A stretch of DNA of 64,000 nt. Source: Minisyncoccota bacterium. GTDB taxonomy: Bacteria > Patescibacteriota > Minisyncoccia > Phycocordibacterales > GWA1-40-21. Made by a program: the position numbers and the translations under genes. Below are positions 1 to 11,546 of the stretch, piece after piece (position 1 is the stretch's first letter; each line of letters begins with the position of its first letter). Location of the stretch: assembly GCA_041663045.1 (NCBI GenBank), contig JBAZRH010000001.1, positions 212,403 through 276,402 of the forward strand. Reading direction: 5' to 3'. The notes beneath the pieces were generated by a model. The model was not told the origin of the DNA and did not search any database. It saw only the letters and a list, made by a program, of their open reading frames with translations.

Positions 1-1008
1 AGGATCTTCGCTGAAAATTGTCTTTGTACCAAGACCATTGCAAGCCGGACATGCGCCATAAGGAGAGTTGAATGAGAAAAGCCTCGGCTCAATCTCTGGA
101 TATGAATAGCCATCATAAGGACACATAAATTTCACGGAAATCATTTTCTCGCCTTCAGGAGTCTCTATTTTTAGAAGTCCTTTCGATTCTTCTATGGCTT
201 TTTCTACGGCGTCACTAAGCCTTTGTCTTGTCGCGTCGGTCTTTTGCTTGTCCTTGAATTCAGAAACATAGAATTCATCCACAAGCACATCTATGTCGTG
301 TTTTTTATTTTTCGCGATAATTATCTGATTGCGAAGCTTCTTGATCTCCCCGTCTATCTTTACTTGTTCATAACCTTTTTCAAGTAGATCATAAAGAAGC
401 TGATAGTATTCACCTTTTCTGCCGACAACAAGCGGTGAAAAGACTCGTATTTTATCGGATATTATATCTACACCAAGAATTTCTTTCTTTTGTGTCGGCC
501 TAAGTTTTGATACATTATTTAAAATAGTCTCCAAGATTTCTTCTTTTGAAAGTTTTTTAATTTCTCTATCACAGATGAGGCAATGCGGTTTGCCGATACG
601 AGCGTAGAGAATACGAAGATAGTCGTAGATTTCAGTGATTGTGGCGACAGTAGAGCGAGGGTTATTTGAGCGGGATTTTTGATCTATTGAAATTGCCGGG
701 GAAAGACCGATGATTTCATCTACGTCCGGCTTCTGCATTTGATGTAAAAATTGTCTGGCATAAGAAGAAAGTGACTCCACATATCTGCGTTGACCCTCTG
801 CAAAAATAGTATCAAAGGCAAAAGACGACTTTCCCGAACCGGAAAGCCCTGTGACAGCTATCATCTTATTGCGAGGCATTTCTACTGTAATGTTCTTCAG
901 ATTGTGTGTTCGCGCACCTTTTACAATAATTTTTTCGGATTTTTCATCAAAAACAGCCTTATTTGTTCTTGCCCCGTGTGAATTTTCGCTTTCTTTTATT
1001 TTTGCCAT
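1..1008 (-). CDS. uvrA: Excinuclease ABC subunit A (UvrA), N-terminal part; the C-terminus lies beyond the window start
   Basis: Minus-strand translation from ATG at 1008 reads [81 protein letters not shown], the canonical UvrA N-terminus with a Walker A motif. The ORF runs off the window edge. Confidence 0.85.
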   Translation of the reverse strand, partial: MAKIKESENSHGARTNKAVFDEKSEKIIVKGARTHNLKNITVEMPRNKMIAVTGLSGSGKSSFAFDTIFAEGQRRYVESLSSYARQFLHQMQKPDVDEIIGLSPAISIDQKSRSNNPRSTVATITEIYDYLRILYARIGKPHCLICDREIKKLSKEEILETILNNVSKLRPTQKKEILGVDIISDKIRVFSPLVVGRKGEYYQLLYDLLEKGYEQVKIDGEIKKLRNQIIIAKNKKHDIDVLVDEFYVSEFKDKQKTDATRQRLSDAVEKAIEESKGLLKIETPEGEKMISVKFMCPYDGYSYPEIEPRLFSFNSPYGACPACNGLGTKTIFSEDP

Positions 1009-1154
1009 GCGGATATTAATTTAATTATCAAATATTAGAAATATTATGTACTATCCCCAAAATTCTTTACGGGGTTCATAATACATCAAATGCCCCTTGG
1101 ATTCACTCCTTAGGGGTATATACGAATAATATACTAGTTTAGACTTTTGGCAAA

Positions 1155-1535
1155 TTATTTCAAATCTTCTACGACACCCTCAACGATTTCGTCTATAGAA
1201 AGAAGCGCTTTGACCAAGAATTTTTTTGCACCGAGTTTGACACCCATATCTACGTCCGCTTTTTGTCCCAAGTTTGAGAGTATTATCACATCTATCTCTT
1301 TGGCTTTTTCATCGGCCTTCAATTCTTTTAGCACCGTATAGCCATCTTTTTTGGGAAGAAGAATATCCAGAAGTATAAGGTCGTATCTGTTTAAGCTTGC
1401 CATTTCAATAGCAGATTCACCATCTGGGGCGCGGGCCACAAGAGCCTTTTCGGCTAAGAGTTTACCTGCCAACATTTCACTAAGAAATTTATCGTCTTCA
1501 ACTATCAATATTTTTTTACCTTCAAGTCGACTCAT
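1155..1535 (-). CDS. Single-domain response regulator (CheY-like receiver, no output domain)
   Basis: 126 aa. N-terminal KILIVEDD acidic pocket, a phospho-acceptor Asp in LILLDILLP, and a conserved Lys later (KKFLVKA). Lies directly upstream of a histidine kinase. Confidence 0.8.
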   Translation of the reverse strand: MSRLEGKKILIVEDDKFLSEMLAGKLLAEKALVARAPDGESAIEMASLNRYDLILLDILLPKKDGYTVLKELKADEKAKEIDVIILSNLGQKADVDMGVKLGAKKFLVKALLSIDEIVEGVVEDLK

Positions 1536-1564
1536 TTGAGATTATTATAACAATATAGAAATAT

Positions 1565-2809
1565 TTAGTCTAATGGTAAAAACACTTCAACTTTAGTGCC
1601 CTTTCCTAAGATAGAAGATATTTTTATACTACCTCCATGCATTTCCACTATCTTCTTTGTGGCATAAAGACCGACTCCACTTTGGTTTGGATCAAGTCTT
1701 AAAGCATTCTTGCCACGGAAGAATTTTTGGAAGACATATTCTTGATCTGCCGAATCTATGCCGATGCCGTTGTCTTCCACTGTCAACTTTGCATATTGTC
1801 CTTCTTTTTTAATAGTAACTGTGACCTTACTTTTTGGAGCGTATCTGAACGCATTATCGAATATATTTGCTAAAGCAAGATCCAATACTTTCTTGTCACC
1901 ATAAACAGCCACCCCTTCTTTTATGTTTAATATTAAGCTAATTGCACTGCCTTGTATTAGATAAGCGAGATTTGAGATTATCTTTTCCACGATAGAATTT
2001 AAAGTGATCTTTTCTTTATTCAAGATTATTTTCTTATCGCCCAGATCATATTCGGCGGTTTTTATCATCTCTTCAATTATATTTATAGCTTGAACAACCC
2101 TTTCTCTTCCCTCTGTCAAAATTTTGATATCTGCGCAGTCTTTGTTTTGTATGGCGGTGTCTAATGCCCACCTGGCACCTGCAAGCGGTGATTTGAGCTG
2201 ATGCGATGTTGCTGTGAGAAAGATTTGTTTAACATTATCAAGCTCGCTCAATTCTACAAACTGTCTTTTCAATCTCTCTTTTTCAAAGCGTTGCATCATA
2301 ACTTCTTTGACTATTTTGTATAAATAAAAGACCATCAAAGAATAAACGGCAATATGCATTAAATATTTGATAACATAAACCGGATCTAGTCTGTTTTTAT
2401 CAAATAAAATCGTAGATACCATGACCAGAATCGTAAATAAACCAGTATTTATTGAAAGTCTCTCATTTAAATATGTTGCGGAAATTATCGGTATGAACAC
2501 CATTGCAAACATAAAGGTACTATCGAGACCTCCCGTGAGATAAATAAAAAGCCCATAGAATACAGCAAAAACATAGCCTATATGCATCCACAAGGATTGT
2601 TTTCTAAATACTTCAGCCAGTATGAAAATGATTGTTTGATAAATGAGCATTGCGATCGTGGCCACAAGGTAAAGTTTAATATTTGATATCCAAGGGAAAT
2701 ATTCCGGATATAAAAATGGAGCCACTATAAAAAGTATAAAATAGAAAATCGGAATTACTTTTAATAAAAAGAGTATACTTAATACCCTATTTGTTTTTTT
2801 CTCTATCAT
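1565..2809 (-). CDS. Membrane sensor histidine kinase
   Basis: 414 aa. About 6 hydrophobic helices at the N-terminus. H-box TSHQLKSPL and a HATPase_c tail (N-box NIFDNAFRYAP, G-boxes DNGIGI and GVGLYATKKIVEMHGG). Confidence 0.8.
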   Translation of the reverse strand: MIEKKTNRVLSILFLLKVIPIFYFILFIVAPFLYPEYFPWISNIKLYLVATIAMLIYQTIIFILAEVFRKQSLWMHIGYVFAVFYGLFIYLTGGLDSTFMFAMVFIPIISATYLNERLSINTGLFTILVMVSTILFDKNRLDPVYVIKYLMHIAVYSLMVFYLYKIVKEVMMQRFEKERLKRQFVELSELDNVKQIFLTATSHQLKSPLAGARWALDTAIQNKDCADIKILTEGRERVVQAINIIEEMIKTAEYDLGDKKIILNKEKITLNSIVEKIISNLAYLIQGSAISLILNIKEGVAVYGDKKVLDLALANIFDNAFRYAPKSKVTVTIKKEGQYAKLTVEDNGIGIDSADQEYVFQKFFRGKNALRLDPNQSGVGLYATKKIVEMHGGSIKISSILGKGTKVEVFLPLD

Positions 2810-2836
2810 AATGGAGAAATTATAACATATCTTTTC

Positions 2837-4933
2837 CTATTTGCTTTTTTTACCTTTCTTAACAGCAGTCATCTCTTTCAATTGTGCTATCTCATCCCGT
2901 AGAATCGCAGCTGTCTCGAAGTCCAGTATTTTAACAGCCGAATTCATCTGTGCTTCTTTTTGTCTCACAAGTTGTACTGGTTTCTTTCCCATGACTTCCC
3001 TATCGATTTTCAAAAGCTCGGCCACCGCTCTGTCATGATCGCTTCGCAAATGCTCTGTGATATCATGGATTTTCTTTAAAATAGTCTTTGGTGTAATCCC
3101 GTGCTTTGTATTGTAAGCGATTTGCTTTTCTCTTCTGCGATTTGTTTCGTCCAATGCGCGTTGCATTGAGCCTGTCATATTGTCGGCATACAAAACCACT
3201 CTCCCAGCCGAATTTCTCGCCGCACGGCCGATAGTTTGAATAAGCGAAGTATCTGAACGCAAAAAACCTTCCTTGTCGGCATCCAAAATACCGATAAATT
3301 CCACTTCCGGCAAGTCCAACCCTTCACGAAGCAGGTTCACACCGACAATACAGTCAAATTTCCCTTTTCTGAAATTTGTCAAAATATCTATTCTGTCAAT
3401 AGTCTTGATTTCACTATGCAAGTATTCTGCTTTCACCCCTTTTTCTTTCAAATATTCACTCAAGTCTTCTGCCATCTTCTTTGTAAGTGTGGTGGCGATA
3501 ACCCTTCCGCCATTTTTTATAACTTTCAATGCTTCATCTATAAAGTCAAAAACTTGTGATTTGCTTGCCACGAAGTCTTTAGATTTTCCGTGGTTTACCA
3601 CGAGGTCAGCAGACTTTTCGTGGTTTTTTCTTTCAGTGATTGGTCTAATATCTACAATCGGATCCACAAGCCCTGTCGGCCTTATCACCTGCTCTACTAT
3701 TTGCTCTGAATTTTCTTTTTCAAAATCACTTGGCGTCGCAGAAGTATAAATCGTCTGCCCCACTCTTTTTTCAAACTCACCAAAGTTTAGTGGACGATTG
3801 TCTTTTGCCGAAGGTAATCTGAAACCGTATTCTATAAGGGTGTTCTTTCTAGAAGCGTCGCCTGCTTGCATTCCTCGTATTTGTGGCACGGTAACATGCG
3901 ACTCATCTATAATAGTGAGAAAGTCCGCACTTCCATCGGCTTTACGCGGAAAATATGATAGTAGCGTGTCTGGTGCCTCGCCAGCATTTTTACCAGAAAA
4001 ATGTCTGGAATAATTCTCAATACCATTACAATAGCCAACTTCTCGTATCAATGCCAAATCATAACTCGTCTTTCTTCGGAGTCTTTCTGCTTCAAGATCT
4101 TTTCCTTGTTTTTTTAATTCCGTAAGTCTTTCCTCCAATTCTTTTTTTATGCTTTTGAAAGCACTCGCTTGCTGTTCTTTATTTGTTATAAAATGCTTTG
4201 CTGGAAAAATAAAAATTGACTTCAGACTTTCTTCTGTCAAGACTCTTGACACTGCATCTATTTTTGAGATTTTAGCAACCAAATCCCCTTCAATATCAAC
4301 TCTAACGATTATCTTTTCATTAACTGGCATTATTTCAAGTGAATTCCCCACGGCGCGAAATTCTCCAGCTGAAAGATCGGCATTTGTCCTTTCAAAATGA
4401 ATATTTACAAGTTTTTTTATCAATTCTTGCCTAGAAATCTTAAGCCCTTTTTCCAATTGCAAATTTACACTTAAATATTCTTCCGGACTTCCCAAACCAT
4501 AAATACAAGATACAGATGCAACCACTATCACATCTTTTCTTGTAAGAAGCGCTTGTGTGGAAGCATGGCGAAGGCGTTCTATCTCTTCATTTATCATCGC
4601 TTCCTTTTCAATATAAGTGTCGGTGACTGGCATATATGCCTCCGGCTGATAGTAGTCGTAATAAGAGACAAAATAATGCACGGCATTTTCTGGGAAGAAA
4701 TCTTGATATTCTTGGGCAAGCTGGGCGGCGAGAGTTTTGTTGTGGGCAATTACAAGCGTTGGTTTATTGATTTTTGCAATAACATTCGCCACAGTAAATG
4801 TTTTTCCAGAACCGGTAACACCAAGAAGGGTTTGTTTATTAAACCCTTTTTCTAGTCCGTCTATAAGCTTTTCTATCGCCACCGGCTGGTCGCCCGCTGG
4901 CTTAAAACCGCTTTTTAATTTGAATTTGTCCAT
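2837..4933 (-). CDS. uvrB: Excinuclease ABC subunit B (UvrB)
   Basis: 698 aa. N-terminus QTLLGVTGSGKTFTVANVI, a helicase core, a beta-hairpin region, and a C-terminal UvrC-interaction coiled coil. Textbook UvrB. Confidence 0.95.
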   Translation of the reverse strand: MDKFKLKSGFKPAGDQPVAIEKLIDGLEKGFNKQTLLGVTGSGKTFTVANVIAKINKPTLVIAHNKTLAAQLAQEYQDFFPENAVHYFVSYYDYYQPEAYMPVTDTYIEKEAMINEEIERLRHASTQALLTRKDVIVVASVSCIYGLGSPEEYLSVNLQLEKGLKISRQELIKKLVNIHFERTNADLSAGEFRAVGNSLEIMPVNEKIIVRVDIEGDLVAKISKIDAVSRVLTEESLKSIFIFPAKHFITNKEQQASAFKSIKKELEERLTELKKQGKDLEAERLRRKTSYDLALIREVGYCNGIENYSRHFSGKNAGEAPDTLLSYFPRKADGSADFLTIIDESHVTVPQIRGMQAGDASRKNTLIEYGFRLPSAKDNRPLNFGEFEKRVGQTIYTSATPSDFEKENSEQIVEQVIRPTGLVDPIVDIRPITERKNHEKSADLVVNHGKSKDFVASKSQVFDFIDEALKVIKNGGRVIATTLTKKMAEDLSEYLKEKGVKAEYLHSEIKTIDRIDILTNFRKGKFDCIVGVNLLREGLDLPEVEFIGILDADKEGFLRSDTSLIQTIGRAARNSAGRVVLYADNMTGSMQRALDETNRRREKQIAYNTKHGITPKTILKKIHDITEHLRSDHDRAVAELLKIDREVMGKKPVQLVRQKEAQMNSAVKILDFETAAILRDEIAQLKEMTAVKKGKKSK

Positions 4934-5377
4934 TTAAGTTGTTTTAGCTAAGACTACTCTAGGTTCACCATCTCCGAAATAATTTTCGATTCTTGATTCT
5001 ACAACAAAACCAAAAGATTTGTAAAGATTTAATACTGGATTGTCAGGATGGGTTACTAAATCAATCCTTCTAATATCTTTAAGTCTTTCTAATATCAATC
5101 TTAAAGCTTCTCTTCCTATACCTTGTCCTTGAAATTTTGGATTTACAACAAAACCGCTTATATATGCATGGTCAGGATTTTTTATTTCATACTCGATGCT
5201 TCCAACAATTTTATTATTATTTTCTATGAGATATATTGTATTTTTCTCAAATTCTTTCTTTACCTCATCTTCACTAATCATAGCAGAATACACTTTTAAA
5301 TGCGCCACACTCTTTTCAAGCTCAATAAAAATCGAGACATCTTTTTCAGTCGCTAATTTTAAAGTGATATTATTCAT
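4934..5377 (-). CDS. GNAT family N-acetyltransferase
   Basis: 147 aa with the acetyl-CoA binding motif QGQGIGREAL. Stop-start abutment with uvrB. Confidence 0.7.
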   Translation of the reverse strand: MNNITLKLATEKDVSIFIELEKSVAHLKVYSAMISEDEVKKEFEKNTIYLIENNNKIVGSIEYEIKNPDHAYISGFVVNPKFQGQGIGREALRLILERLKDIRRIDLVTHPDNPVLNLYKSFGFVVESRIENYFGDGEPRVVLAKTT

Positions 5378-5380
5378 AAA

Positions 5381-6917
<1,537 letters not shown>

Positions 6918-6938
6918 ACATCTTCCGCTCTATGATAA

Positions 6939-6974
6939 AACGCACGTCCCAGTGGCAGTGCGTTTTTCTTTTGT
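6939..6974 (+). terminator. Rho-independent terminator
   Basis: aaacgcac-gtcccagtggca-gtgcgttt stem-loop followed by a T-run. Lies between the convergent small ORF and the FKBP gene. Confidence 0.6.
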
Positions 6975-7003
6975 ATTTTTTCTCTGTCCGTAAGCGAGCG
7001 AGC

Positions 7004-7459
7004 CTATTTGACTGACAAAAGCTCCACTTCAAAAATCAATGTAGAATTTCCAGGTATTGGTCCATAGTCATTTGCACCGTAACCGAATTCTGGCGGAATA
7101 ATCAAAATTCTCTTTCCTCCAACTTTCATACCTTCAATTCCAATATCCCAACCCTTTATAACCATTCCAGATCCAAGTTTAAATGTAAACGGTACTCCCC
7201 TATCTCTTGAACTATCAAATTTCTGTCCGCTGGTAAAAACACCCGTGTAATGCACCGTCACTTCTTTACCGGCAGTCGCAACCGCTCCAATACCGACGAC
7301 AGTGTCACTGAGGTCCACTGTTGGAGTTTTCTTTTCTGTCTGTTTTTGATCAATCACGTTTTGTGTCGAAATTAAATTGTTAATAAGACCTGTACCACCT
7401 ACAAATAACAAGACCAGTACAATAGCTATAGTTATTGCGATATATGTTTTTTTGTCCAT
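7004..7459 (-). CDS. FKBP-type peptidyl-prolyl cis-trans isomerase with an N-terminal membrane anchor
   Basis: 151 aa. N-terminal TM helix, then VHYTGVFTSGQKFDSSRDRGVPFTFKLGSGMVIKGWDIGIEGMKVGGKRILIIPPEFGYG, a canonical FKBP domain. Confidence 0.85.
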   Translation of the reverse strand: MDKKTYIAITIAIVLVLLFVGGTGLINNLISTQNVIDQKQTEKKTPTVDLSDTVVGIGAVATAGKEVTVHYTGVFTSGQKFDSSRDRGVPFTFKLGSGMVIKGWDIGIEGMKVGGKRILIIPPEFGYGANDYGPIPGNSTLIFEVELLSVK

Positions 7460-7582
7460 TTATATAATATTAAAACTTTTAATTACTCATGGTATTATAT
7501 CAAACCATGTTTTATTATCAAATACATATGTTACCCTGTAGTAGATTTTGCCATTATATTTTCTAAAACCCCTTGGAGGTTT

Positions 7583-8341
7583 TTGATGGCAAATTCTACT
7601 ACAGGGTGCTATAATCTTTCTCATATGAATTTAAAAAATATTTTTCGTAGGACAAATGGAAAAACAAAAGAGGCCCAAGGTGATGCCCCTATTACATTAA
7701 AACAGGTTGAGAAAATAATATCAAAGAGGACTATGGTAGCAGACGACGAGTTTGCCCGTGGATATGATTTGATAAAAAAATACCCTAGATCGGTGAGTAT
7801 TTTAGGTTCCGCTAAATTCAAAGCGGATAATAAATATTACCAACAAGCCGTGTCTCTAGCTGGAAGGATCGCCCACGAGCTCGGATATGCAGTGGTGACA
7901 GGTGGAGGACCGGGAATAATGGAGGCTGCAAATAAAGGTGCTTATGAAGCCGGCGGTGTATCACTTGGTTTTGCTATTAAACTTCCAAATGAACAGTCTG
8001 TAAACAAATATCTTACCGAATATGTGCAGTTTGAATATTTTTTTAGCAGAAAGACACTCCTCTTTTTCTCTGCAGAAAGTTATGTTTATTTCCCAGGTGG
8101 ATTCGGGACAATAGATGAATTCTTTGAAATAGTCACTCTTGTAGAGACCAACAAAATACCACGTGTTCCGGTAATACTTGTCGGCAGAGAATTCTGGGAA
8201 CCTCTTTTGAAATTGATAAAGGATAAACTATATGAAGAATTTCACACCATAAAGACAGGAGATTTGGATATTTATAAAATAGTAGACAGTGAAGACGAGA
8301 TTATTCAGATCATCAAAAACGCACCTTTTAGGACAGAGTAA
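7583..8341 (+). CDS. LOG-family (TIGR00730) Rossmann-fold protein / cytokinin riboside 5'-monophosphate phosphoribohydrolase-like
   Basis: GGGPGIMEAANKGA and PGGFGTIDEFFE motifs. The true start may be the internal ATG near 7625. Confidence 0.8.
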   Translation: MMANSTTGCYNLSHMNLKNIFRRTNGKTKEAQGDAPITLKQVEKIISKRTMVADDEFARGYDLIKKYPRSVSILGSAKFKADNKYYQQAVSLAGRIAHELGYAVVTGGGPGIMEAANKGAYEAGGVSLGFAIKLPNEQSVNKYLTEYVQFEYFFSRKTLLFFSAESYVYFPGGFGTIDEFFEIVTLVETNKIPRVPVILVGREFWEPLLKLIKDKLYEEFHTIKTGDLDIYKIVDSEDEIIQIIKNAPFRTE

Positions 8342-8394
8342 ATCAATACAAAAATAGCGACCGCGCTTCGCGCGGTCGCTATTTTTGTATTGAT
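8342..8394. terminator. Bidirectional terminator between convergent genes
   Basis: Near-perfect 24-bp stem aatcaatacaaaaatagcgaccgcg-cttc-gcgcggtcgctatttttgtattgatt. Confidence 0.75.
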
Positions 8395-8850
8395 TTACTT
8401 CACCCCACTCCCCGCATAAGCCATCGGTAAAAGTTTTTTCAAACTCGTCTTTACAATAATATTTTTTGCGCTATTTGAGCATATTATTTCAATATCTCCA
8501 CCATTTATCGTGAGGTATTCTTCCATAAATTGTCTGCACACACCACAAGGCATTATTGGATTTTCAACCACGCCATCGCTATCTGTCCCGATAATAGCCA
8601 TCGCCGTGATATCTCTAAAACCAAGGGCGTTCGCTGCCGCTAGAGCCGCTCTTTCCGCACACATATTTACAGTGGAAGAGGCATTGGCCATACTGGAACC
8701 CAAGATAATACCGTTTCCCTTTGTCTGCACCGACGCTCCCACCCTCAACTGGCTATTGTAGGGATTATAAGCATTACCTAGAGCTTTCTCCGCAGAATCC
8801 AAAAGCTTTTTCTCTTCCTTATTCAAGTCTTTGTATTTTAGATTTGTCAT
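8395..8850 (-). CDS. cdd: Cytidine deaminase
   Basis: 151 aa. CAERAA zinc-binding motif and PCGVCRQ motif. Confidence 0.85.
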   Translation of the reverse strand: MTNLKYKDLNKEEKKLLDSAEKALGNAYNPYNSQLRVGASVQTKGNGIILGSSMANASSTVNMCAERAALAAANALGFRDITAMAIIGTDSDGVVENPIMPCGVCRQFMEEYLTINGGDIEIICSNSAKNIIVKTSLKKLLPMAYAGSGVK

Positions 8851-8852
8851 GT

Positions 8853-9599
8853 TTATTTCAATCCAAATGAAGCCCTCACTGTGACCATCACATTTTTATT
8901 TATCTTGGAAGTATCGTATGTTCCGTAGTCAGAAATTTCAAGAGAGTTTGAAGGAAGGACTTGTACCACTCCGCTTGCCGCCGACTTCAGACTACCAACA
9001 CTCTTGCCTGTGCTTTCTGCCATCTTATCTGCCCTTGCCATCGCGTCTTTTATGGCATCAGAAAGCAGAGCAACCCTAAGCTCTGGGAGTTTCGTATAAT
9101 AATATTCGACGGGATTTGTGCTGAATATCACACCTTTGTTTATAAGGTCGGTAGTCGCCTGCGCCAAAGCCGTGATCTTATTTACATCCGGAAGTGCAAC
9201 TTCTACATGTTGGCTAAGTGTATATTCTTTCTCGGTCTGATAATTATTATTGTTGTAATTGTAATTTTCCATCATTGAAACGGTAGAGATGGTGATATTC
9301 GCATCGGGTATTTTCTGGGCTTTCAGAAAAGCTTTTACAAGTGCCAAATCTTTTGCCATCTGTTCATACCCTGTCTTCAATTTACTTATCTTCACTATCC
9401 TTGAAAAATCTCCGCTAAACTTTGCGCTATCAGAGACAACCTCTTTGCTCGCAGAGCCTGTCACAGAAAGAGCATCACTTGAACTTCTTGAACTATAAAG
9501 GGCAACTGCCAAAATAGTAGAAGCTAATATCAAACTGATACCAGCGATAGCCGGCATCCACAAGACTTTGTTGTTTTTGAAAATATCTAGATTTGCCAT
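8853..9599 (-). CDS. SIMPL/BP26-like (DUF541) periplasmic protein
   Basis: 248 aa. N-terminal TM or signal peptide. Overall pattern resembles SIMPL domain proteins. Assigned by recall only. Confidence 0.5.
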   Translation of the reverse strand: MANLDIFKNNKVLWMPAIAGISLILASTILAVALYSSRSSSDALSVTGSASKEVVSDSAKFSGDFSRIVKISKLKTGYEQMAKDLALVKAFLKAQKIPDANITISTVSMMENYNYNNNNYQTEKEYTLSQHVEVALPDVNKITALAQATTDLINKGVIFSTNPVEYYYTKLPELRVALLSDAIKDAMARADKMAESTGKSVGSLKSAASGVVQVLPSNSLEISDYGTYDTSKINKNVMVTVRASFGLK

Positions 9600-9677
9600 A
9601 TTTTTATTTGTCCGATCAAATTTTTATTTGATTTAGGATAATTAACCGCCCCCATACTAAATACTATCTACTGATAC

Positions 9678-10286
9678 TTATTCGCAAGGATTGACCTTCC
9701 GGAAAATATAATCAACGATTCTTGTAATGACAAGACCGACGATAATCCAGATCAAAATAACAATCACATGCCTCATCTTATCTATATGATCGATAATCCA
9801 ATCAAAATAATTGTTGAAAATATAGCCGATACCTATAACAAGTGGTGCATAGATTATTATTGCCAAGGTATTGTAAAATTGGAAAGTCCTTGTTTTAGCT
9901 TTTGTATATCCGGCAAGCACAGGACCGACGAATCTCAAAAATGGGAAAAATCTTGAAAAGAAAATGGTTTTGCCGACATGTTTTTCCAAAAAACCCCTAT
10001 TTCTGGAAACGATTTTCAGAGATAACACTTCGTGTATGAGCTTGTGAACATGTTTATTGTTTTTGAGCGAAAGATTAAAAATAATATTGTCGCCGATAAG
10101 TAGAGCTAAAATAACTACCACAAGAGCCGGAGCAAAATGTATAAAATCTACACTTGCCATATAGCCGACAATAAGAAGGACGATTTCTTCAGGCACAGGA
10201 ACAATATATCCGGCAAAAATAGTGAAAAGGAAGATGGCGACATAAGAAAAATGCTCTACGGAATTTATAAAAAACAATTCTTGCAT
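9678..10286 (-). CDS. DedA/SNARE-associated family membrane protein
   Basis: 202 aa. GYIVPVPEEIVLLIVGYM motif typical of the DedA family. Multiple TM helices. Confidence 0.7.
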   Translation of the reverse strand: MQELFFINSVEHFSYVAIFLFTIFAGYIVPVPEEIVLLIVGYMASVDFIHFAPALVVVILALLIGDNIIFNLSLKNNKHVHKLIHEVLSLKIVSRNRGFLEKHVGKTIFFSRFFPFLRFVGPVLAGYTKAKTRTFQFYNTLAIIIYAPLVIGIGYIFNNYFDWIIDHIDKMRHVIVILIWIIVGLVITRIVDYIFRKVNPCE

Positions 10287-10353
10287 GGATAATATTTTAG
10301 CATAAATGTTATTTTTATACCAAATATAACTATGTTGTGATATAGTAGATTAA

Positions 10354-11046
10354 ATGGACGAGAAAATCAGAATAAATAAATATTTGGCACTGCACGGAAT
10401 AGCTACTCGCAGGGACGCAGACAAGCTCATTTCAGCAGGCAAGGTGCTTATAAACGGCTATAAGGCCGTCCTTGGGGACAAAATCTCGGAAGAGGACAAA
10501 GTTGAGGTTTTGGGTAGACCAAGCAAAAAGCTAGTGTATTACGCGTATAACAAGCCTCGCGATGTCATTACCCATAGCCCCCAGAGAGGAGAAAAAGATG
10601 TGCTGACTTCAAGCAAGCTAAAGGGCGTCTTCCCTATCGGCAGACTTGATAAAGATTCGGAAGGGCTTTTGATACTTACAAATGATGGCAGGATTACCGA
10701 CCGCTTACTGAACCCAGACCATACGCACGAAAAAGAATATATCGTAAAAACCCGCGTGCCGATAAAACAATTCCACATGAATGTTATGGAAGGCGGAATG
10801 GAGCTTGACGGTATAAAAACAAAACCTTGTGAGGCAAAACTTTTGAGCGAAGATTCTTTTAAAATAATCTTGACTGAAGGAAAGAAACATCAGATAAGAA
10901 GGATGTGCGATCATTTGAACTTGCCGATAGAGTCTTTAAAAAGAGTGCGCATTATGAATATAAAAGTAGATGGAATAAAATCAAATTCGTATCGTGAAAT
11001 GGTCGGCAAAGAACTTCAGGATTTTTTGAGACTATTGTCCTTGTAA
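10354..11046 (+). CDS. rRNA pseudouridine synthase (RsuA/RluB family) with an S4 domain
   Basis: 230 aa. N-terminal S4 domain (IRINKYLALHGIATRRDADKLISAGKVLINGY) and catalytic GRLDKDSEGLLILTNDG. Confidence 0.8.
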   Translation: MDEKIRINKYLALHGIATRRDADKLISAGKVLINGYKAVLGDKISEEDKVEVLGRPSKKLVYYAYNKPRDVITHSPQRGEKDVLTSSKLKGVFPIGRLDKDSEGLLILTNDGRITDRLLNPDHTHEKEYIVKTRVPIKQFHMNVMEGGMELDGIKTKPCEAKLLSEDSFKIILTEGKKHQIRRMCDHLNLPIESLKRVRIMNIKVDGIKSNSYREMVGKELQDFLRLLSL

Positions 11047-11047
11047 A

Positions 11048-11542
11048 CTATTTTATCGATAGAAATATCAACACGATACAAATAGTTGTGACTGTCTGTA
11101 TAAAAGCACCAAGAAAAGGCCTATGGTCTAGATTATTTTTTGTTTCAAATTTACTGTGAAATCTGACAAGCGAGTGTACTGGCTCTTTTTTATATGAGAA
11201 ATATATAAATTGAAAAAAATCTGGTAGAACTCCACCAGCCACACCAAGAAGTGTGATAAAAAGTGTGTGCCAATCTCTAGCAAAAACCAATATCGCTAAA
11301 AGGGTACCTATGGAGAAATCAAATAAAATTAAAAATAATTGGTAGACAGCTCTAATATTATGGGAAAGTGCCGGAAGGCTATCAACCACTCTTAAATCAA
11401 AATGGTGGTGTTCATAATGACTATGAGGAATCATGTCCAAAACATGGTGGCTCGCTATAGCTAGAGCAAAACCAACGACTGGATGTCCAGACAATGCACT
11501 AGCAACAGCGGCACCGACGATAGCGTGTGGGGTGAGTATCAT
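11048..11542 (-). CDS. His-rich integral membrane protein (possible membrane-bound metal-dependent hydrolase, DUF457-like)
   Basis: 164 aa. Several TM helices and clustered histidines (HHVLDMIPHSHYEHHHF). The family assignment is tentative. Confidence 0.35.
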   Translation of the reverse strand: MILTPHAIVGAAVASALSGHPVVGFALAIASHHVLDMIPHSHYEHHHFDLRVVDSLPALSHNIRAVYQLFLILFDFSIGTLLAILVFARDWHTLFITLLGVAGGVLPDFFQFIYFSYKKEPVHSLVRFHSKFETKNNLDHRPFLGAFIQTVTTICIVLIFLSIK

Positions 11543-11546
11543 TTGA

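Noticed and set aside
2841-4937. Multiple 60-160-aa plus-strand ORFs inside uvrB (for example 3273-3749, 4553-4855)
   Set aside because: These are antisense shadow ORFs within a confidently assigned gene. Low-complexity Ser/Phe/Ile-rich translations typical of AT-rich antisense frames.
7583-7624. Upstream extension of the LOG-family ORF (MMANSTTGCYNLSH...)
   Set aside because: No ribosome-binding site and non-conserved-looking residues. The true start is probably the ATG near 7625. The boundary was left at the track coordinates with a note.
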